Positions 12,766 through 26,885 of a stretch of DNA of 64,000 bases are shown here, piece after piece. Made by a program: the position numbers and the translations under genes. Origin of the DNA: Macrostomum hystrix (lineage: Eukaryota > Animalia > Platyhelminthes); contig CATNEN010000005.1 in NCBI GenBank assembly GCA_950097015.1, positions 4,030,001-4,094,000 of the forward strand, given 5' to 3'. Under the pieces are notes generated by a model. That model was not told the origin of the DNA. It did no database searches and was given only the letters and a program-made list of their open reading frames with translations. Numbering within the stretch: position 1 is the stretch's first letter; each line of letters begins with the position of its first letter.

Positions 12766-14535
12766 CCTGTTTATGAATTAAAATTAAACCTACAAATTTG
12801 CAGCAATTTGCACATTGAGAGAGAAAACAAAAATAGTTGGTTAACATTTATAAATAATTTTTAAGGTTTGCCAACAAGCTGCTGAATTCAACTATGGCCC
12901 TCTACTATATCATACATCTATAGGTGGTTTTGCCTGGACCTGGTTGTCTTTCTGACAGACTGGGACTATTCTTGGTCCTTTCTGTGTCACTGACCACTTT
13001 GGTAGCCTTAGTATGTGTGCTTATCTTGGTATTCTTAATTATACTATTAAAGCTGTCACTCCCACTACAATGGCTAGCACCTCCCATTCAATTTGAGATT
13101 TGTTTCTCTGAAATGCCTTTGAGGGCTCCTTGCTAATATACAGTACAGTAGCCTGTTAGCTTACTTAGTCTTTGTTAACATAGGTAGCTTTGGCATAGGT
13201 GAATATTAGCATATAGCTCAGTGTCATTAAAAAATAATGCCTTGATGTTCTGAATCTCTTAAATGCCTAGATGCATGTTCTGAGCTTTAATAGAACTGCC
13301 ACATTCTTTATCCTCAAGTAAAGCAGTGGTACTGTTTTTGTTTGTCAATTTTGGGATAAACACTATAGTTAATAACAAGTCCCAGAAAGGACTCCAACAT
13401 GGCCAGAATTTTTCATGGTTGCAGCTTAAACACTCTAGATGCAACTGGTATCTAAAATGTTGCCCTGCACTACTGACACTTTCTTGTTAATTGAGTCCAA
13501 TTTCCTCCAGTCATTGTAGCATTTCTTGCTTCTTGCTTATTTTTTTTGCATCTTGAACTCTTATCAGGACACTATCTGTGCTGTGCACAAGATCGACCTC
13601 GGGGTGCCTTGGAAGACTTGTGAAATGTATCACTGGATAATTCGAAGATACTGGGTGCTTTTTGATGCCCAGGTCCCAAAAAATGCTAATCAATTTAAAT
13701 ATATCTAGTAATTTTGCAGTGCACCCAATTGACCACTAAATTAAATTTGATTGCCTTAGTTATTTCTTACAATTGTTAACCCTGGTTAAAGTTATATAAC
13801 TTTCTAATTAAGCCATCGGCAATCAAATACATCTAATGGTGATAGAAGTGGAAACTAGTAATGCTAGTTTTGCATTAATGAGATATTGTTTATACCATTC
13901 CTTGAAGTTTTGAAAGATGAGGGAGTCTATAATAAGATCGTTTGCACATCCATTGAACTAGTTGTCAGATTCTTAGCAATGTCATTCAGTTTCTTAACTA
14001 GATAGCTGTGTGCAGTAAACTAAACTCGTACTAACTATTTATACAGGGTACTATAAACAACAATGGGGCCTTTGTGTTTAAAGTACATTTTTATAGGATA
14101 TTAACATCGGATTTGTATAAATTGTACACCTTTTGTTAACAATGTAACGATAGCTAGTGAATAATTTGAAGACAGATTCCAAATGCATTTCAGTTGGTTT
14201 AAATTTGAAATCTCAACCTTGGGTACTAATTTGTGTAATTAGACGCAACTGTTAATTCCTGACTGCTTTAGTTCACACAGCCGGTCTGTTAATTGGGTAC
14301 CAGAATTAGCTGGAGTAGGATTGTAAGTGTGCGTGGCGGCTGTGGCTTTAGCTGTACAAATCTGACCCACTAACTTAAGTTAACAGTAGAAAAACCACAC
14401 CCAGACAGTCCACCATTTGGATCAACATTTTCCGCCCTTTACTACTATAAACTAACTTTCAAAGCTGTCCGACGTCAGCATCGTCGACATGGTTACAATG
14501 ATTTACAAATCAGCCAATTTTGTGAGCAGTAAAAG

Positions 14536-14784
14536 TAAGCGTTTATTGGTTGGTTTTGCCATCAGACGCCCCGACGATAATTGTTGAATATCTCGACGAT
14601 GTCGATATCAATGTGATTCTGGAAGTTGTGTCATAGCATAGAGCGGAAAATTCTAGCCCGCGTTCTGGAGTTTAATGGCGATTGGTTAAATATTTTGAGC
14701 GATACAGAAACAGCGATTCTACTGTTAATGGCTATAAAGTTTTAAATTGTACAAAATCAAATCAAACTTCTTTTATGATTTCAG
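14536..14784 (+). other. Probable 5'UTR intron of the neurabin gene
   Basis: Donor GTAAGC near 14536 and acceptor TTTTATGATTTCAG ending 14784. GACGTCA and CCAAT motifs lie just upstream. Confidence 0.5.
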
Positions 14785-14905
14785 GCGGCACTAGTATCAA
14801 ACAAGAATAATTTTCACCGTCAGCTGCCAATCTATTAGTAAGGCGCTTATTGAAGCTATATATTGTATAGCGTTACAAAGGACAAACAGATAAGATACTA
14901 CTGAC

Positions 14906-17900
14906 ATGGCCGAAAGTGGCAGTAGTACGGCTGCGGCAGTTGCTGATCCCATCACTCTGCCAGTTGGTCGGGTTGCCAGAATTCGTCAAATGTTTCTAGC
15001 CGGTCACGTGGTTCCACTGACTGAGCCGTCAGTTGCTGGGTCGGCTAGCGATGAATTCGCGTCTGCTATGTCGCTTCAGGCATCATCGCCTTATCAGCAG
15101 CCAGCAGCAGGATCGGTCTCTTTGAAGAGGCCGCGAGAATCGTCTGAACCGCCGTCGCAGGAGCGCAGCCAATTAGCGACGTCCTCGTCTAATAATTCAA
15201 TCGCTGGTGCATCTTCGCCAATGTCTTCTTCCTCGCCATCGAATGCCAGTTTGAAGCTAAATAATGGTAGTCGCGGTGGCGTTGAGGGGCCCGAATTTCT
15301 CCAGGTGAGATTTCGAGATTTTGTCATTAGTTTAATGTATGTAATGATGCTTCATTGCTAAAGGGGTAAAGCACTGACGCTTTCGAATCTCGCACTCAAG
15401 GTCTAGAGAAGCTCTAGAGCTCTAGAGAAGGCTTCATTGGCTTGTCGTGTAGCTTTAGATCCCATCCTCTAGATCCAATCTTCTAGATCCCATCCTCTAG
15501 ATCCCATCCTCTAGATCCCATCTTCTAGATCCCATCCTATAGATCCCATCCTCTAGATCCAATCTTCTAGATCCCATCCTCTAGATCCAATCCTCTAGAT
15601 CCAATCTTCTAGATCCCATACTCTAGATCCAATCCTCTAGATCCCACCCTCTAGATCCCATACTCTAGGTCCCATCCTCTAGACCCCATCCTTTAGATCT
15701 AATCCTCTAGATCCCATACTCTAGATCCAATCCTCTAGATCCCACCCTCTAGATCCCATACTCTAGGTCCCATCCTCTAGACCCCATCCTCTAGATCCAA
15801 TCCTCTAGACCCCATCCTCTAGATCCAATCCTCTAGGTCCCATCTTCTAGATCCAATCCTCTAGATCCTATACTCTAGATCCCATCCTATAGATCCAATC
15901 CCCATTTCATAGATCATTTTTCTTTTCTATTTGAAGTCCTATCGGTAGTATTATAAAGTATGAATTTTTAACCAGTTTTTTCTTCAGTAATTAAAAAATC
16001 AGGAAATATAATAATTTACATTGCTATTTGACTACAGTTTTTTAGCCACCAATATTCGATTCATTAATGCCGAATTTAATATGCACGTTAGTTAGGGCCA
16101 TAAAATACAGCAAGATAAGACTAGAGATTAAAAATCAACTCAGCACTGCTCCTACGACCTTATCGTTTTTCTAACTGTAAAACTGTGAAACAAAATTGCG
16201 GGTGTTTAGGAATGAAAGTGTGTTTCTTTTTTAAGGCACTATTAATAATAATAATTGCAGGAGGGCTGCGGGAAATGGCACATCACTTAAAGACACTAGA
16301 CCCGCAGCCAGCGAGGAGGCAATTCTGCCCATTTCGCTGACTCCTGAGCACACTCGCACACAGATACTGTACGCAGGCATACGCTCGCACAGGTGTGTAC
16401 CTCTGCCCTGACTTTCTCATTGTCAGGCAGTGTACATTTAACTGTGCCTTGGAGGTTGACCCTCAAGGACGTAAATTGCACGACAAGCCCCCAAGCCTTC
16501 TCTCCGCGGCTGCGCCCCAAATGAATGTGGCCTCGCCGTGGAATCGAACTTAAGGACCTTGGTGCGAGAGGCAAACGCGATAACCGCTCCGCCACCGACC
16601 CCCTAGGCACTATAATATATTAGCTTTCTTTTATTTAGTTTCCTATGTCAAAGATGGTTTAAAATCGATGAAATTCTAAGAAAATGAAACACTGTTAAGA
16701 ATATTTGTTAGCAGAATACTGAAGCTAAGGCATGTGGTATATAATCTACGCAGTTTATATTGGACAGAACACTTAATACTGGCTCTGCGCTGTTAGTTGT
16801 TGAATATATATTTATAAATTATATAGCTAGCAAGTTGCCACTGGTTTAGTGTGTAGCTGGCGCTTTGACCTAGTGTTGCAACTGGCTGACACTTTTCTTT
16901 CCTGTCCGAGTCTTTGCTTATTTCTAAATGCCACCTTAATATAATTATTCTCTCTTAAGTTTAATAGCAGTTTTTTTCTGTATGCATTTTCATTCCTTCT
17001 CACTCACCATACCCTATGTAATCATAATAATAGTGCAGATCTTTTTTATAGTATAGGAATTATACTAATGACTATTCCTGGCCCTAGGGTGTGGTCACTT
17101 TAGCATTCGGTGTCTTATTACATTCTTTGCTATCTACAAATTATATTGTTACATAGGCAATATATATTACTATTAGTATTGCGCATTGATATATTGTAAT
17201 GTTTTTTTCATTGTAACCCATTCCGATTCTAGTCATGACCCATTCCGATTTTAGCTATAACCCATTCTGATTCTAGTCATGACCCATTCTGATTCTAGCT
17301 ATGACCCATTCTGATTCTAGCTATGATTCATTCTGATTCTAGTCATGGCATTTTTCCAGGTTCTAGCTATGACTCATTCTGATTCTAGCTATGACCCATT
17401 CTGATTCTAGTCATGACCGATTCTGATTCTAGTTATGACCCATTCTGATTCTAGCTATGACCCATTCTGATTCTAGCTATGACTCATTCTGATTCTAGTC
17501 ATGACCCATTCTGATTCTAGATATGACCCATTCTGATTCTAGATATGACCCATTCTGATTCTAGATATGACCCATTCTGATTCTAGATATGACCCATTCT
17601 GATTCTAGCTATGACTCATTCTGATTCTAGTCATGACCCATTCTGATTCTAGATATGACCCATTCTGATTCTAGATATGACCCATTCTGATTCTAGATAT
17701 GACCCATTCTGATTCTAGATATGACCCATTGCGATTCTAGTCATGGCCCATTCCGATTTTAGTCATGACTCATTCTGACTTTTATGGAATATTCAGAATC
17801 TAACAACTATGACCAACATTGTTTCGAATGAAAGGTGAAGCGACATCTGCGCAAGACATCAACAAGCGATTGGTCACCGGGCCAGGATGCATCGCCCTCT

Positions 17901-20900
17901 CCTCCTCCCGCTGCTGAACCTCAGCAGCAGCAGCAGCCTCATCAAAGGCGAGGCTCTTTGCCACTATCTCCTCAGGCCTCCACTGTTGAAGAAGACTTTC
18001 AGGCAACGCCGAGACAACGCGTGGACATGCCAATGCTGGCCAAATTAAAGACTACTGGCGATCAGCAGCAGCAGCAGCAGCCGCCGAATTTCCCAATGCC
18101 ACTATTGATGAGGCCGTCAAGAGTTACATCTAGGCCTACATCTTCGCCGTAAGTCAACGAAAGTGCATTTGCTTTTGTCGGTTGTCCATAATAGGTATAC
18201 TCATTTTACTGTAATCAGGGCTTGTAGCCTAGTGATTAGAGCGTTGGACTCACGACTTGAAGGTCGGGGGTTCGATTTCTGACTCCACTGGAAGAATTTG
18301 TGTATTTAAGCAAGACCCTTGACTCTGCATTGATTCAGTTCACCCAGCTGTTAAATTGGCACCAGTATTAGCTGGGGAAATCGATGATGGGTATGGCGGC
18401 CCCCCAGTCCATGGACTGAACAGCCGTACGCAGCCTTCAGATGCGCCGCGCAATAGCTGTTGTTGTGCGACTGGCTTTACAATTGACCCAAACTGGCAAT
18501 TTAGTTTTTTGTCTATCTTGCTTCAATTTAAAAATTATAAGTTTTAAATCATGAAAACGCACTTAACTAAATCTTCATAAAAATGTATGCAGCATGGTCT
18601 ATTCAATATAATATATATGCGTAATTCACATTTTGCATGTTCAAATCAGTTTCATTTACTAACCTCTGATTGCTTGTATGTGCTTAATAAATAAATTTAA
18701 TTTTACCACTGAACAACTCGCTTGTCATTCCCGTAATAGCTCCACTGTTCAGGATAATCAACAGCAGCAGCAGCAGCAGCAGTATCAGAAACCAAGAACG
18801 TCTTTGACATCAGCCGCTCCAGTGAATGCTAGACGTTCTTATCAACAGTCTAGTAATAGTACCACCTCCAGGAAGTGAGAAATGCGTGCCGGTTCTGTGA
18901 TATGTGAAGCACTTTTATTAAGCACATTCCTATAGCCGCATACTACCAAACAGCACGGATACCTGCACCAAAACCAAGCCAAAGCGTTTGTTTTTTTATA
19001 AAAATGCATTTGTAAATCGATGGTAGAAATTAATCTTTTTTAGCTCCTTCTAGCTTATGTGATGATTATGATTAAAAACTAGTTCTAGTACTTACTAGTA
19101 GTAAAATGAAGATTTGTAGATCCGTTTTTTATTTCGCTATTTCTTTTTAGCTAGAATACTAGCGAGCTTGTACTATGCACATCATCTTGCCGCTTAGTTG
19201 CTGCTAATCAATGAAGAAAAATGTAAATATGATAATGAAGAGCAAGATTAAATTTTTTATTTTCGCGCATTTTTACTACTTCTAGTAGTTGAAAGCAAAC
19301 AAAAACAGAACAATTGTTAATTAAGTTAAAATAAAATTTTCCGTTAATACAGAAGATCTGGCGAGTCTTCTCCAACTAATTCTATTTCGTCTGCTTCTAG
19401 TAAGGAGCCAGATTTGTCTAGTCTACCTAGCGCGCTTTCTCAGCAGCAGCAGCAGCAGCAGCAGCATCAGTACAATGGCAACAACAGCGCTGAGAACATG
19501 TCACCAGCAGCCGCCGCATTCTATAGCGCTAGCAATGAACGACAGAAACATTCGGAGGCCCATTTGGAACTGACTACTAACAGTAGTGCGACCAAATCGG
19601 CTTATTTTGTCAGGTATTTAACACTTGGTCATTACCCTCTTCCTTATTAAATCATTCAGTTGGTCATCACCCTCTTCATTATCAAACCATTCAGTTGTTC
19701 ATTACCCTTTTCATTATCAAATCATTATGTTATTCATTACCCTCTTTATTATCAAATCATTCAGTTGGTCATCACCCTCTTCCTTATCAAATCATTCAGT
19801 TGGTCATTACCCTCTTCCTTATCAAATCATTCAGTTGGTCATCACCCTCTTCCTTATCAAATCATTCAGTTGGTCATCACCCTCTTCCTTATCAAATCAT
19901 TCAGTTGGTCATTACCCTCTTCCTTATCAAATCATTCAGTTGGTCATCACCCTCTTCCTTATCAAATCATTCAGTTGGTCATCACCCTCTTCCTTATCAA
20001 ATCATTCAGTAGGAATTATGACCTCTAACTGAATTGAATTTTGAGGTAAACGAGTCAAAAGTAACGCTAGAGGATTCAAATCGCTACTTTTGTTATTAAA
20101 TCAATCCCCCAGTCGACCAATTTTCAATCTGGATCGCGACGAACCGGACGACAAGGAAGTAGAATCGACACCGCCAGCGAAGGCAACCGCGGGACTAGCT
20201 GAATCGGCCGCTGTTCCATCCACCGACGCATCTTCCACTGACGGCTTCTCGTTGGAGCCAATCTACGAACTGGAGGACTCCGACGGTCGCACCCTCTATT
20301 TCATAGACGAGGAGAGGTTCTTCTATGACACAGCCGGCTTGCCCATAGAAGAGAGCGACGCTCTCGCCGAAGCACTCGCGGCAGCCACTAAGCGACGTCG
20401 GATTCGTTTTAGTCAGGCGCCGATACGCGTGTTCAGCGCGCACGCTATGGAAGACTATGATAGAAGGAATGACGATATTAGACCTGTGGAGGCTGCGGCG
20501 GAATACGAATTAGAAAAACGCCTGGAGAAGATGGAGATGATCTCCGTGCAGTTGGACAAGGGCAACAGCGGCGGTCTGGGCATCAGCATTCTCGGAATGG
20601 GCATGGGCGCCGAGGCTGGCATCGACAAGTTGGGCATCTTCATTAAGGTGAGGCGAGAGTGGGTGGTGGAGAAGTAGATTCGGTAGAGTGGGCGGTGGAG
20701 AAGTAGATTCGGTAGAGTGGGTGGTGGAGAAGTACTCGTAGATTCGGTAGAGTGGGTGGTGGAGAAGTAGATTCGGTAGAGTGGGTGGTGGAGAAGTAGA
20801 TTCGGTAGAGTGGGTGGTGGAGAAGTAGATTCGGCAAAGTGGGTGGTGGAGAAGTAGATTCGGCAGAGTGGGTGGTGGAGAAGTAGATTCGGCAGAGTGG

Positions 20901-23865
20901 GTGGTGGAGAAGTAGATTCGGTAGAGTGGGTGGTGGAGAAGTAGATTCGGTAGAGTGGGTGGTGGAGAAGTAGATTCGGTAGAGTGGGCGGTGGAGAAGT
21001 ACTCGTAGATTCGGTAGAGTGGGTGGTGGAGAAGTAGATTCGGTAGAGTGGGCGGTGGAGAAGTAGATTCGGTAGAGTGGGTGGTGGAGAAGTAGATTCG
21101 GTAGAGTGGGTGGTGGAGAAGTAGATCCGCGTAGAGTAGAGTATAGAGTGGGTTATTGAGAATTAGATTTGATTGGCATATTAAAAGGAGAAATGTACTC
21201 AAACTAAATAAGTAATTAGAGATGTAGATTGGATGAAGCAAAGCACACAAGCTGGACTGAGCAGTGAAGAATTAGTTTCAGCCTCCTCACCGCCTCATCT
21301 GACATTATCGTGCAGGCTCTAACACCGGGTGGTGCGGCTGAACGCGATGGTCGCATCAAGATTTGCGACCAGATTGTTGAAGTGGACGGTGTTAGCCTAG
21401 TCGGCGTCAGTCAGGCCTTCGCTGCCGAAGTGTTGAAAGCCACGCGAGGCACAGTTAACTTTGTCATGGGTCGGGTTATGGATCCGGATACGTCCGATAT
21501 TCATCGACTCATTAAGCGCAGTCTGGAAGATCGCGGCGGCACAACAACTGTTACTAGTAACGTTCCGGCAGATTCGCAGCAGTTGCATCAGCAGCAGCAG
21601 CAGCATCAGCAGCAGCTTCAGCATCAGCAGCTGTTAGATAAAATGCGCGGAGAATTGTGAGTGCTGATTTCTTTTTTTTAATGTTTTTTATTTTTTAGAA
21701 GCAGTTTTTACTGGCTGTCTGTTTCAATGTCTGTAGCTTCCCTGTTATTGATCATGTAGCTTGAGTTAAGGTATCTTTAACTTCGCTTCATAACGTCTGC
21801 CTTTTTCTGACGAATGTCAGTACTTGACTTTAAACTGTCTGTCAGTTTTTGTCTATCTTTTGCTGTCAGTGTCTGTTCTTGGCTGTCAGTGTCTGTTCTT
21901 GGCTGTCAGTGTCTGTTCTTGGCTGTCAGTGTCTGTACTTGTCTGTCAGTGTCTGTTCTTGGCTGTCAGTGTATGTACTTGTCTGTCAGTGTCTGTTCTT
22001 GGCTGTCAGTGTCTGTTCTTGGCTGTCAGTGTCTGTACTTGTCTGTCAGTGTCTGTTCCTGGCTGTCAGTGTCTGTTCCTGGCTGTCAGTGTCTGTTCTT
22101 GGCTGTCAGTGTCTGTTCTTGGCTGTCAGTGTCTGTACTTGTCTGTCAGTGTCTGTTCTTGGCTGTCAGTGTCTGTTCTTGGCTGTCAGTGTCTGTACTT
22201 GTCTGTCAGTGTCTGTTCTTGGCTGTCAGTGTCTGTTCTTGGCTGTCAGTGTCTGTACTTGTCTGTCAGTGTCTGTTCCTGGCTGTCAGTGTCTGTTCCT
22301 GGCTGTCAGTGTCTGTTCTTGGCTGTCAGTGTCTGTTCTTGGCTGTCAGTGTCTGTACTTGTCTGTTGTACTTGGTTGTCAGTGTTTTTAATCACAGGCA
22401 GTTTCAGTATTTATTAGTCAGGGTTTCTCTTATTTGAAGTTGTCTAGCGTGCCAAAATTTGAAGGCCATCAGAATTTCTTGCCGTTAACCTAAACTAGCA
22501 TTCAATCGATTCACAAACAGGCAAGACCGATTGCGTCAGAGCTCCGAAGCGCTTCAAGAAGGCCAGGCCGATCTTGCTGGAACAAACTGCGGCGAACCAC
22601 CACCGTCAAAGCAGCAGCAGCAGCAGCAGCGCCCTCGTTCTCCGTCGCCTATTCCTTCGCCAACTTCTCCGCCAGCGTCCGTCCTCATAGAGCAGCATCC
22701 GTCTCAGTCTAATCAGCAACAGCAGCAGCAGCAGCATCAGCAACGGGACTCCCCTGAGCTAGCCGAAGCCCTTCGCGAACTCATCGACCTTCGTCGTCAG
22801 CTAGAAGCCGAGCGCGATAAATCTGCCCAGCTGCAGCGTCAGGCTGAAGAGGCCGCCCGTCTGCGTCGTGAAGCTGAAGCTGCTCAGACTGAGGCCGAGA
22901 AGAAATATCGCAAAGCCAAGCGCCTGCTTCGAGAGGCCCTTGACGAACGCGACGGGGCTAGAAATCAGCTGCGCGAGAAGGAGCTCTACGTTGAAGAGGT
23001 GCTTCGACGAGTCCGTCAACAGTCGCCGCAGGCTCAGCAACAGCAGCAGCAGCCAAAGGAGCCAGTGGAAATGTACTTGGATCCTCACATAGCCGCCCTG
23101 ACTGATCGTGCTCAACTAGCTGCATCTGGCAGTTTAGCCCAGCGAAGGCCGCCCTCTCAACAGTTGCTGCACTCTAGCGAGCCGCCCGATGCCGATCATC
23201 TAGAAGACGATCATCTTGACAAAGAAGCCGATGATAACAACGCGGATAGATGGGCCGCATCGGCTGGGGCCATAGATACGGGTACAGTTCTGCGCAGACC
23301 GAATGTGCAGCAGCAGCAGCAGCAGAAGCAGCAGAAGCATTACCCGCCGCCTCAGTATCCGCTAGTTTCTTCAAAATCATCTTCATCCAGCGGTGCCGGT
23401 GGAGTTACACTAATTTCCGCTAGACGCTTCGACAATGACGAAGGCTTAACCAGCTATAATAATGGCAGTCGTCAGTTAAATACTGGCGAATTGCCGTCCG
23501 CTTTGGACGAACTAGACGACGAAGCTGGCACTAGCGGCTCGTACGATGTGTCCTCGACAATGTCCGGCCCAGTTATACCCGTGCCCGAAGGCGGTGTAGC
23601 CGCTTTCGATGTTAAACCATTGGCCGCCTGGCTGAATTCTAACGGATTGAACCAGTTAGCTGATAATGTCCTGCTAAGCCAAGTCAACGGCCGCCTTCTA
23701 GTTGCCATGGATACCAACGCTTTGAAGCAGCAATTGAATGCGTCCAAAGCAGAGGTTCGCGTATTGAAGACTCTACTCAGAGAGGCCGAACGAAGGCGAT
23801 CTCGCGGCGGCGGTGGCGGCGGCAACAAAGGCATCAAGAAGGTGTTCAATTTTCGACAGAATTAA
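14906..23865 (+). CDS. PPP1R9A: Neurabin/spinophilin (PP1 regulatory subunit 9), 7 coding exons
   Basis: join(14906..15304,17835..18148,18740..18874,19353..19613,20113..20647,21316..21656,22521..23865); all phases match, exon 2 acceptor is weak. N-terminal RVARIRQMF actin-binding-like motif, PP1 motif [26 protein letters not shown] ([16 protein letters not shown]|[14 protein letters not shown]), coiled coil, C-terminal SAM-like segment. Confidence 0.93.
15430..15905. repeat. 14-bp minisatellite in neurabin intron 1
   Basis: Unit CTAGATCCCATCCT. Confidence 0.95.
16240..16610 (-). mobile_element. tRNA-derived SINE family A (near full length)
   Basis: A box GGTGGCGGAGCGG, B box GTTCGATTCC, shared core, (TTA)n tail. 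Confidence 0.85.
17212..17785. repeat. 22-bp minisatellite at 3' end of neurabin intron 1
   Basis: Unit TGACCCATTCTGATTCTAG(A/C)TA. Confidence 0.95.
18216..18440 (+). mobile_element. tRNA-derived SINE family B
   Basis: TAGCCTAGTG A box, GGTTCGATT B box, central TTCACCCAGCTG segment, 3' CCAGTCCATGGACTGAACAG. Homologous to copies at 39.5, 48.5, 51.6 and 63.7 kb. Confidence 0.8.
19625..20012. repeat. 35-bp minisatellite filling neurabin intron 4
   Basis: Unit ATCATTCAGTTGGTCATCACCCTCTTCCTTATCAA; starts about 10 bp after the donor. Confidence 0.95.
20655..21135. repeat. 29-bp G-rich minisatellite in neurabin intron 5
   Basis: Unit GAGTGGGTGGTGGAGAAGTAGATTCGGTA; starts about 8 bp after the donor. 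Confidence 0.95.
21835..22385. repeat. 20-bp minisatellite in neurabin intron 6
   Basis: Unit GTCAGTGTCTGTTCTTGGCT. Confidence 0.95.
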
Positions 23866-26800
23866 TTAGTAAAGCTCCAAACATATTTTTATTTTGCTTT
23901 TTGTGTCATTTTTTCTATTTTCTAATGAACTTTTGAACAACGAAATTTTTGTTAATTATTATAGGAATTTTTTATGGTTTCGCCAATTGCAGTATCATTG
24001 TGTGCTTATTTTCTAAAGAAACGGAAAACTAGCAAAAAATTAACTGATCAATTCAGATATTAAAGTGCTTTCTCTCACTAATTGTATGCTTATGTAATTT
24101 CCTACTTGTATGAAGATTATGATGATTAATTAATTAATTCTGCATGCCTGTGTATAGTCATAGCTATTGTTTGGGTTGCTAAAAGTGAATTGATATGTCA
24201 TTCTTTTCAAATCAATGTTCTCACCTTGGCCAAATATAATCAGCAGGTACACATTTGCTAACTCTGTTATTAGAATTAATTCTTAAGGAATTTATTCAAG
24301 CTTTAAACTACATACTACTTTTTAGTAGTGCTTTCGCTCGCCTGTGTGCTGGCTTTTGTTAGAATTTTTGTTACTTCATTTTCAGTTAACTTGAATACTT
24401 TTTTGTTTCATCTACTAGTACTAGTAGTATGCATTGATTCAAAGTTTAATAGCTTCTATTATATACAAAATCAAACGAAACCTAATAATCACATTTCGTA
24501 ATAAATTGCATGGCTGTTAGTGCACTTCAAATTATCGCTATTTCATTCCTATTTCTTCTATTTGTTCGCGAAATCTTACATTTCCATCTTAAATTATGTC
24601 GAAGATTATTTCGAAATTCACGGGCAAAAATTCACATTAGGAAATTTCGATTAGATACAGTGAAGTTCGTGTTTATTATAAACTGTCTTCTTGTTTATCC
24701 TTTCGGTGAAATATTTTTCAATTTAATTTGCTCACTTTTCATTTTTTACTGTCCAGTTTGTTTTATTGCAACCGTTCCCACATCAGCCAATGTTCCTTAA
24801 AAAGTTTGAATATTTACTTAATTCTTTGAATTCTTTAGTTTTTTTGTTCATTCCTCTGTTTAAATGTTGTTCTTCGTTAAACTATAATTTGTTTTACTAT
24901 GCTTGTTTTTCAAAAAAATTAATTTACCCTTTCAATCATCGATAGTAAGGTAGTAAAGTAGATTTAACTTTTTAAATAGCGTTAAGTTCCTTTTTAAATT
25001 TAGTTTGTAAATTTATTTCGCTTTCTCTTGATTATTGAGGGAGCTAAGTAAAACATGACATGGATTAGTTTTTTATAAGTTGAAATTAATAAATTAGAAA
25101 ATTTAAAAAATTATTGACAGAATTAGTGCTTTAAAGGATTAGGATGTGTCCTCAGAATGAGATAGCAACTCTAATCTAATTAATTAAAAACAAAAAACAC
25201 GGTCATTGTTATAATTAGAATTTAAATACTAACAGTGTATCTCTTACGCTTTAAACGACTGTTTTGTTTAAAATGTGTCCTTTTTACAATTTTTACCGTC
25301 GTAGTTTACAGTTTTGTAAGAATTCAGATAAAAATATTCGCCTGTTTACATGGTTCGCCGTTTTACATCAAGCTACATAATATTATTCCTCTATTTGCTA
25401 TCATAGATCCCGCAAACATCATAACATCCCGCAAAAAAACAATATTTGAAGGCCTAATAATTAAATCAGATTTCTTTTTGTTTGCGGTCGTCCTATTTTT
25501 GTTAGTTTTTATTGGCGAACGAAGAGTTTGGTTCAATATGAGCACTGCGCGATTGAGTGATGTAATCTAACATTTCCTTGACTCCATTGTTCCATTTATT
25601 GCCGCCTGAACTCTTCCCTCTCCTTGTCGTGTATTGTCTCCTTCGCCTGGAGTTGAAATTCCAAACAGCGACAATAATGAAACTTAAACACGATTTTATA
25701 CACGAATATCTATATATGATATTATGAATTCTATATAATATAAATTTATTTCGCAATGAATCATGTGCATAAACAATATCAGATGTGCCTTCTTTATTGT
25801 TTGTTTTGTCTCTTTTCTCTAGGAAAAACGCAGTTATCGAGAGCAAGAAAGCATTAGCCGATAATAGTTCGTCCCTAAGTACTTTTAGTTGATAAAAGTA
25901 CCCGTTTCTACATAATATTGCACAATCATTGCATAAAATTTGGTAACAGAGATACAGATACAGATAAGCATGAAGAATAAAAGCTAAATTCTGTAACAAA
26001 CTAACAAATTTTTCGTTACTTGTTTTAATTGCCACCATCAGTGTACGATCTCATGTCTCTGAATTTATTTGCATGACAGTATTTTACAGTATTTTATGGC
26101 AAACTTTATATACGGCCAGCGAGCCAACACGAACATTTTTAGGCTATTGAATTTTAAGATGGTAAGTTTTCTAAAATTTAATTTAGTTTATTTAGTTTTA
26201 CTTGTCTTTTTGTTTTAGCCAGCTAAAAAGTACATAGTTGATTATATTTTTAGATATAAATATATTTGCCTTTGTTTTAACGGATAAAAAAGCGTGCAGG
26301 TTTTTAAAAATGCATTTTGTGCGGGTGATCGCTAGACTCTTCTTCTAGTGGTCCTTGATTGAACTCCATGAGAAGCTGTGCCGTATTGTATAAATTTAAT
26401 AATTTCAATAAGAGTTTTATTTAATGAAAGCTAATGAATATAAGGACTTTTCTCTTTTGTGCAGCTTTTAACAATGTCAGCGAATATTGTATGTCAGTGA
26501 GAATAGCCACATCATAGTAATTGTCAATATTGACTATTGTAGTCAGTCATGTAGCTAGATTTTGCTTTTTTAGCCACGTAGCACATGATTTAGCCATATT
26601 GCCATTTCCATTGGCATTGCATCAATTGACTTTCATGCAGTTTCTACTGTTGCAATTTTTGTTGAATTTTTAGCAAGATTTTTAGGGTTCTATTTGTATG
26701 CCATTTTTACTTTAATTTTTTATACTTAAACTAAAGCTAGAACAAATATATCAATGCAGTTAGACAACACAAAACACAGTCGCGTGAGTTTAGCCCCTAG

Positions 26801-26885
26801 AATTTAGATTCAGTTGTTTTGGCAATGTTCTACTTCCGTTCTTTATATTGTTTGCAAACGACAGATAACAACAATGAAAACAAGT

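Noticed and set aside
12900-13710. Possible hAT transposase remnants
   Set aside because: Only vague similarity in short ORFs; no diagnostic motif could be confirmed.
16500-16610. tRNA genes here and at 18216, 48520 and 63700
   Set aside because: A/B boxes are present but there is no complete cloverleaf, and each continues into a shared SINE body.
25235-26038. 178-aa and overlapping ORFs in AT-rich DNA
   Set aside because: No recognisable motif, no consistent splice structure, low-complexity composition.
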